NCBI GenBank assembly: GCA_966243015.1
Contig: CBIMES010000002.1
Coordinates: 117,458-181,457 of the forward strand
Direction: 5' to 3'
Source of the DNA: an uncultured bacterium
GTDB lineage: Bacteria; Patescibacteriota; Minisyncoccia; Phycocordibacterales; UBA6065
DNA: 64,000 nucleotides
The notes below the pieces were generated by a model. It worked only from the letters and a program-made list of their open reading frames with translations, had not been told where the DNA came from and did not search any database. This document shows, piece by piece, positions 58,875-64,000 of this stretch. Numbering within the stretch: the stretch's first letter is position 1; each line of letters starts with the position of its first letter. Both the position numbers and the translations under genes were made by a program.

Positions 58875-58963
58875 TCGCTATTGGCAAGTGCGGAGGCGTG
58901 CTATACTTTCGGGACAGTGTCGCTTATCAGTTAACCGCGGCACCTAGTTAATTCTTAGTTTCT

Positions 58964-59593
58964 ATGAATAAAAAAGGGATTCTTGCCGCTCTCGTCATCA
59001 TCGTTCTCGCCGTCGTGGCCGTTAAGGCCTTCAAGGGAGGCGATGTGACAGCTCCTTCGACTTCGACCAGCACCCCATCAACCACTACCGAGGTTCCTGC
59101 GGGCGTTACCAAGGACGATTTCGCTCCTGTTACCAAGGACTCGACTGATAGCACCCTCCTCGGTCGCCTCAAGAGGACTTCTGTCGGCGTAAGCGAGGAT
59201 GGAACTCGCATCGCGCTTTCGAACGGAAAGGCGACTTTCACCGTTCCGGGCACCAAGACTACCGGCACCGCCGCTCTCGGTGACATCGCGGTCGAGAAGG
59301 CTGAGGGTTCCCGAAAGGACGTTCTCGCTTCTCTTGCGGTTAATAACGGCGGATCGGCTACCTACAGCTACGTAGTTCTCTTCGAGGACAACGGCTCAAC
59401 CCTCGCTGACAAGTCATACGCTGTTGTGGGCGAGAATGTCACCGTTACCGGCGTCCGAGCCGACGACGTGTCTGACGCAAGCATCGACTACATCGTCTCT
59501 GTGTCGTACAAGGATAAGGCGGGCGCAGCGCGCACCAAGATCCTCGTCGTTCAGGGAGGAGCGTTCAACCCTGCCAAGGAGATCAATCTCTAG
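58964..59593 (+). CDS. Hypothetical membrane-anchored/secreted protein
   Basis: N-terminal hydrophobic helix, Thr-rich linker, NNGGSATYSYVVLF. Confidence 0.72.
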   Translation: MNKKGILAALVIIVLAVVAVKAFKGGDVTAPSTSTSTPSTTTEVPAGVTKDDFAPVTKDSTDSTLLGRLKRTSVGVSEDGTRIALSNGKATFTVPGTKTTGTAALGDIAVEKAEGSRKDVLASLAVNNGGSATYSYVVLFEDNGSTLADKSYAVVGENVTVTGVRADDVSDASIDYIVSVSYKDKAGAARTKILVVQGGAFNPAKEINL

Positions 59594-59727
59594 TCACAGG
59601 CCTCGCCGCGGCATTCACTTGCCGGTCTTCGGAAAAAGCCGCCTTCGGGCGGTTTTTCCTACCAGGCTCTCCTGACCCGCCTGACTTATTGTTGAGAGGT
59701 TTCCCTTGCGGTGCTATAGTCTCCTCC

Positions 59728-60600
59728 ATGATTATTCTCGATGGCAGGAAGGTCCGCGACGCTCATGCCGCTCGACTCGTCGAGCGGGTTCGCGCGTTGT
59801 CGTGTCAGCCCACGCTTGCCCTCTTCCAGGTGGGGGATAACAGGGAGTCGAACGTGTACATCGCCCAGAAGAAGAAGTTTGCGGAGTCGATTGGCGCGCG
59901 AGTCATTCACCGGCGCTTCGCCGAGGACGCGTCCTTTTCAGTTCTCGCGGATGCCGTGCGCATGGATAATGCCGACGACTCAATTCACGGAATCATCGTT
60001 CAGCTTCCTCTGCCTCCGCATGTGAACAAGGATGACCTCATCGACGTCATTGATCCGCTCAAGGATGTTGACGGCCTGACCACCGAGAACCAGAGGCTGT
60101 TGGCGGAGGGCAATCCCGGCCTCGTCCCGGCGACGGCCCGGGCCGTCATGTTCATCCTCGACTTCTACGGTATCGACATGAGGGGAAGGAAGGTTGCCGT
60201 GCTCGGTCGCTCGAGGCTTGTCGGCTCGCCGGTCGCGCGTCTTCTTTCTCTGCGCGGCGCAGAGGTCTCGGTCTGCCATTCAAAGACCCTGAATACCAGG
60301 GAAATTACGAGTTCCGCGGACATTGTCGTAGTCGCCATCGGTAAGCCGGAATTTATTGGCGCCGACTATTTCAAGGCAGGTGCCACGGTCGTCGATGTGG
60401 GCATCAACAGCGTCGCGGGGCAGGCTTTCGAGAACGAGGTCCCGAAACGAAGGCTCGTTGGTGATGTCGATCATAGGGCCGTAGAAGGCCTTGTTTCAGC
60501 CATCACCCCTGTGCCTGGGGGTGTGGGGCCTGTGACGGTCCTTTCGTTGTTTGATACACTGGTGGGGTCGGCAGAGAAATCGTGCCGTATGGATTCCTAG
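59728..60600 (+). CDS. folD: Bifunctional methylenetetrahydrofolate dehydrogenase/cyclohydrolase
   Basis: ILDGR, HGIIVQLPLP, KDVDG, GRSRLVGSP, DVGIN, TPVPGGVGPVT. Confidence 0.96.
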   Translation: MIILDGRKVRDAHAARLVERVRALSCQPTLALFQVGDNRESNVYIAQKKKFAESIGARVIHRRFAEDASFSVLADAVRMDNADDSIHGIIVQLPLPPHVNKDDLIDVIDPLKDVDGLTTENQRLLAEGNPGLVPATARAVMFILDFYGIDMRGRKVAVLGRSRLVGSPVARLLSLRGAEVSVCHSKTLNTREITSSADIVVVAIGKPEFIGADYFKAGATVVDVGINSVAGQAFENEVPKRRLVGDVDHRAVEGLVSAITPVPGGVGPVTVLSLFDTLVGSAEKSCRMDS

Positions 60601-60630
60601 TCTCTGTCATTACCCATAATTAAACACATC

Positions 60631-61407
60631 ATGGAAAACACTCAGGTAAGGAAGGTTGCCCTGACGCTCGGCGCGGTCCTCATCGCCCTCGTTGCGGTTA
60701 AGATCGTGAGCGAGCTCAAGGCTATGCCGTACATCGGCAAGAGTGAGAACATCGCGAACGTTATCACCGTCTCGGGCAAGGGTGAGGTTCTCGCGACCCC
60801 TGACATCGCGACCTTCTCGTTCAGCGTGACCGAGGAGGCGGCGACTGTTGGCGAGGCTCAGTCGAAGGCGACCGAGAAGGCGAACGGTATTATCGCTTAT
60901 GTTAAGGATGCTGGCGTCGAGGACAAGGACATCAAGACTTCCTCGTACAACATCTACCCTCGATACGAGTATCGAAACGCGACCATCTACACCTCGGGAA
61001 CCCGATATCTCGCGGCATACGTAGTGTCTCAGTCGGTTGAGGTCAAGGTTCGCAACATCGAGAAGGCGGGTGAGATTCTCTCGGGCATCGGCGAGTTTGG
61101 CGCTGACAACGTGTCTGGCCTCTCGTTCTCGATCGACGAGCAGGACGCCCTCGCGCGAGACGCCCGCGAGCAGGCAATCAAGGACGCCCGCGAGCAGGCC
61201 AAGACTCTCGCGAAGGCCCTCGGCGTCAGCCTCGGCCGCATCACGAGCTTCTACGAGTCAGCCCCTTATCAGCCATACCCAATGTACTACGCAAAGGACA
61301 TGGTTATGAACGCATCAGGATCGGCTCGACCAGAGGCCGCCCCAGAGCTTCCTGCCGGCGAGAACAAGATCATCTCGAACGTCACTATCACGTACGAAAT
61401 AAAATAG
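60631..61407 (+). CDS. SIMPL (DUF541) domain protein
   Basis: ITVSGKGEVLATPDIA, DIKTSSYNIYPRY, AIKDAREQAKTLA, GENKIISNVTITY. Confidence 0.9.
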   Translation: MENTQVRKVALTLGAVLIALVAVKIVSELKAMPYIGKSENIANVITVSGKGEVLATPDIATFSFSVTEEAATVGEAQSKATEKANGIIAYVKDAGVEDKDIKTSSYNIYPRYEYRNATIYTSGTRYLAAYVVSQSVEVKVRNIEKAGEILSGIGEFGADNVSGLSFSIDEQDALARDAREQAIKDAREQAKTLAKALGVSLGRITSFYESAPYQPYPMYYAKDMVMNASGSARPEAAPELPAGENKIISNVTITYEIK

Positions 61408-61413
61408 TCGCTC

Positions 61414-61501
61414 GTGAGTTCCCGAAGGGCACGGATATTTTCCTGGTGGAAAATTCCTCGAGCTCGCGCCAGTCGCGCTCGCTAGTCCCTTCAGAAATCA
61501 C
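61414..61501. repeat. Structured dispersed element, copy 2
   Basis: Core 61429-61487 is 53/59 identical to 33711-33769; outer stem GTGAGTTCCCGAAGGG / CCCTTCAGAAATCAC. Confidence 0.9.
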
Positions 61502-61653
61502 TCGCTCCTCATTGGAAGACAAAGACAGCCTTAACAGGCTGTTTTTGCTTGTCTGGAGAAGGGGATGACATCCCTTTACTTTTTCGTTAGATTTGGTAAT
61601 ATATAAGAACAAACAGCCCGTCGGGGCGGTTTTTATTAACCAGAAACAACACC

Positions 61654-61836
61654 ATGAAACTCGTCGAATACATCAAGGACACGAAGGGGGAGATGAAGCA
61701 CGTTACGTGGCCTACCAAGAAGCAGGCTCTCAATTACACGCTCCTCGTGATCGGCCTTTCGGGAGTTGTCGCCCTCGTTCTCGCGCTCGCCGACAAGCTC
61801 TTCGCCCTCGGCCTCGAGAGGATAATCATCAACTAA
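61654..61836 (+). CDS. secE: Preprotein translocase subunit SecE
   Basis: EMKHVTWPTKKQ plus one TM helix; upstream of nusG. Confidence 0.93.
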   Translation: MKLVEYIKDTKGEMKHVTWPTKKQALNYTLLVIGLSGVVALVLALADKLFALGLERIIIN

Positions 61837-61840
61837 CCAC

Positions 61841-62386
61841 ATGTCCAAGCAGCAAACTGGCGGTGAACGCCACTGGTATGCGATCCATACCTACGCGGGA
61901 TACGAGAACGCGGTTGCCCGAAACCTCAGGCAGCGCATCGACTCCCTCGGCATGCAGGAGAAAATCTTCAACGTTCTCGTCCCGACCGAGACCAAGATCA
62001 AGGTTAAGGGAGGCAAGAGGGTAGAGGAGGAGGAGAAGGTATACCCGGGATACATCCTCGTCGACATGATCGTGGACGACGCGTCGTGGTTTATGGTCCG
62101 AAACACCCCTCGCGTGACGGGATTCGTCGGATCGGGAGTGCACCCGGTGCCTCTCACCCAGAAGGAGATTGACCAGCTCGTCGGACGCATGGACTCACTC
62201 AAGGTCAAGCACGACATCAATCTCGCCCAGGACGACATCGTCCGCATCTCGGACGGTCCATTCAAGGACATGGAGGGTCGTGTCAGCGAAGTCGACGACG
62301 AGAAGGGCAAGGTCAAGGTTCTCGTGGCTATGTTCGGCCGAGAGACCCCTGTCGAGCTCGATTTCTTGCAGGTTAAGAAGATTTAA
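61841..62386 (+). CDS. nusG: Transcription termination/antitermination factor NusG
   Basis: WYAIHTYAGYE, YPGYILV, VRNTPRVTGFVG, KOW DGPF, FGRETPVEL. Confidence 0.97.
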   Translation: MSKQQTGGERHWYAIHTYAGYENAVARNLRQRIDSLGMQEKIFNVLVPTETKIKVKGGKRVEEEEKVYPGYILVDMIVDDASWFMVRNTPRVTGFVGSGVHPVPLTQKEIDQLVGRMDSLKVKHDINLAQDDIVRISDGPFKDMEGRVSEVDDEKGKVKVLVAMFGRETPVELDFLQVKKI

Positions 62387-62416
62387 GGTAGTCTACTCCT
62401 CACTCAACAAACATTT

Positions 62417-62839
62417 ATGGCAAAGAAAATTACAAAGCAGCTTAAGCTTCAGATCCCGGGCGGCAAGGCCGTTCCAGGACAGGCTCTCGGACCAGCGCTC
62501 GGTTCGGCCGGTATCAACATCGGTGAGTTCGTGAAGCGCTTCAACGACGAGACCAAGACCCGCGTAGGCGAGATCGTCCCTACCATCATTGAGGTCTACG
62601 ACGACCGAAGCTACAAGCTCATCTACAAGACTGAGCCCGCATCGAAGATGATCCTCAAGGTTCTCGGAAAGGAGAGCGGATCAGGCAAGCCAAACTCAGT
62701 GAAGGTTGGCACCATCACCAAGGCTCAGGTCAAGGCGATCGCCGAGAAAAAGCTCGCTGACCTCAACACCGACGACGTGAACGCGGCCATGAAGATGGTC
62801 GAGGGCACCGCTCGAAACATGGGTGTCGACGTTAAGTAA
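62417..62839 (+). CDS. rplK: 50S ribosomal protein L11
   Basis: KLQIPGGKA, LGPALG, FNDET, GTARNMGV. Confidence 0.97.
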   Translation: MAKKITKQLKLQIPGGKAVPGQALGPALGSAGINIGEFVKRFNDETKTRVGEIVPTIIEVYDDRSYKLIYKTEPASKMILKVLGKESGSGKPNSVKVGTITKAQVKAIAEKKLADLNTDDVNAAMKMVEGTARNMGVDVK

Positions 62840-62850
62840 AACATCTCTCA

Positions 62851-62884
62851 AGAAAAGCCTCCCGAAAGGGAGGCTTTTCTTTTG
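62851..62884 (+). terminator. Intrinsic terminator directly after rplK
   Basis: AGAAAAGCCTCCC-GAAA-GGGAGGCTTTTCTTTT. Confidence 0.85.
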
Positions 62885-62942
62885 TGGGGAAGAGGAGTCT
62901 TTACTTTGCGCGTTCGTGGGTATACTCTGGGACGCAAACACC

Positions 62943-63392
62943 ATGAGACCCAAACTTGGTATTGCTCTTGTCGGCGTCAGTCTGTGTCTTCTCTCCGTTC
63001 CCATGCCGAGTTCGATGTCCCAGCGTCAGACTCAGTCGGTGAGCGTCATCGTCATTGATGTGTCGGGTATTCCCGCTCAGATGTTGCCTCTGCCCGGGTC
63101 CATACCTGTGCCCAAGCCGTTGCCCGTCGAGCCGGTCATCCCTCGGATTCCTCGACTCTGTGTCCCGGTATCCGGCGGGGACTTTGTTTCGTTTCGCACG
63201 CTCAAGCTTTCGGTCGCGATTCCCTCGTGGCCGATGGAAACAGCACCCTTGAGAGGTTTGACGCATACGGGACAAACGAGTCAGCAATACCCGTATGACA
63301 CGCTCGATCCGGGATTAGAATCTCGCCATGTGAGTCAGGAGAATACTTCGGCGGCCCTCTGTGGGGCCGCCTTTTTCTTTTCTATATCTTGA
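62943..63392 (+). CDS. Possible secreted Pro-rich hypothetical protein (dubious 3' end)
   Basis: Signal-like MRPKLGIALVGVSLCLL after TATACT; ORF runs through the terminator into the dcd stop. Confidence 0.35.
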   Translation: MRPKLGIALVGVSLCLLSVPMPSSMSQRQTQSVSVIVIDVSGIPAQMLPLPGSIPVPKPLPVEPVIPRIPRLCVPVSGGDFVSFRTLKLSVAIPSWPMETAPLRGLTHTGQTSQQYPYDTLDPGLESRHVSQENTSAALCGAAFFFSIS

Positions 63393-64000
63393 ATCTCTCT
63401 TTGAGTTCCCTGATGGCACCCTTTTGGATGAGATCTATCTCTTCCTCGTCCTGTCCCTTGAGTCCCGGGTTGTTTCGGATAGCGCCTTCGATGATGTCCT
63501 TTCCGTGATAGCGGTTCGTCTCGGTCGCGTCGGGGAGGGCGCTGCCGATTTCCTGTATGACGATCTGGCAGATGCGCTCGCCGGGGTAGAGCTTGATGAC
63601 TTGATGGGAGGTGTTGTTCTTCACGGGGATGGCAAGCTGGCCAGAGTACCCGGAATCCACTATTCCGGTGAGGTCGACGGAGAGGCCCCGACGGTTGACC
63701 GATGACCTCGGGTAGAGGACCGCCATGGCGTCGGTCGGCATGGTTATTTTCTCGAGGGTCGAGACGATGACGTGCTCGCCGGGGAGGATCTCGAAATACT
63801 GGCCCTGCTCGAGCTCGACTACGTCGAAATACTCGGGACGGTTCTTGTCCATGTGGTCGATCGACATTGCCTCGCGTCCCTTTGCCGACAGTCGCCATGA
63901 CTTTGGCACGAGGAACGTGTAGCCGAGTCGCAGGTCGATCGCGTGGGGGCGGAGCTGGAAGAGGTCGAGGGAGGGGGAGAGCTTGAGGCTGCCAGAGGCT
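63382..64000 (-). CDS. dcd: dCTP deaminase (5' end beyond the window)
   Basis: Frame open to the edge: QLRPHAIDLRLG, PRSSVNRRGL, VDSGYSG, LYPGERICQ. Confidence 0.9.
   Translation of the reverse strand, partial: ASGSLKLSPSLDLFQLRPHAIDLRLGYTFLVPKSWRLSAKGREAMSIDHMDKNRPEYFDVVELEQGQYFEILPGEHVIVSTLEKITMPTDAMAVLYPRSSVNRRGLSVDLTGIVDSGYSGQLAIPVKNNTSHQVIKLYPGERICQIVIQEIGSALPDATETNRYHGKDIIEGAIRNNPGLKGQDEEEIDLIQKGAIRELKERFKI

Noticed and set aside
1-64000. Very frequent TCGA/CTCGAG palindromes as a special signal
   Set aside because: Largely explained by NTC-GAN codon pairs (CTC GAG, GTC GAC, ATC GAC); enrichment cannot be tested by eye
1-64000. CRISPR arrays, IS elements, rRNA genes, tmRNA, RNase P RNA, tRNA introns
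   Set aside because: No repeat-spacer periodicity, transposase or recognisable conserved RNA signature seen; all seven tRNAs are uninterrupted

Overview
This is the replication-origin region of a Patescibacteria (CPR) chromosome, most likely Parcubacteria, read in genetic code 11. The taxonomy is inferred from gene content: single Xer, monoderm YidC, PrgI/VirB4 cluster, shortened PolA and YebC, and rplK without rplA. The window holds yidC-rnpA-rpmH<-dnaA-oriC-dnaN-dciA-like, a ~14 kb chromosomal T4SS-like envelope cluster without relaxase or VirD4, many DNA uptake/repair genes (frameshifted comM, pilB, ruvA/B/C/X, uvrD, polA, mutM, xth, ogt), cell-wall genes, seven tRNAs and secE-nusG-rplK. 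I saw no CRISPR, IS, prophage or rRNA gene. The strongest signals beyond ordinary annotation are: (1) a 59-nt structured element present twice, 28 kb apart, with compensatory base changes and unrelated but paired outer stems; (2) a ~225-nt stand-alone ncRNA with its own promoter and terminator and a 6S-like fold; (3) near-total avoidance of TGA stops with about half of genes ending in TAG; (4) pervasive leaderless-type promoters; (5) a tRNA-Arg(GCG). All calls come from reading the sequence by eye; no database search was run.
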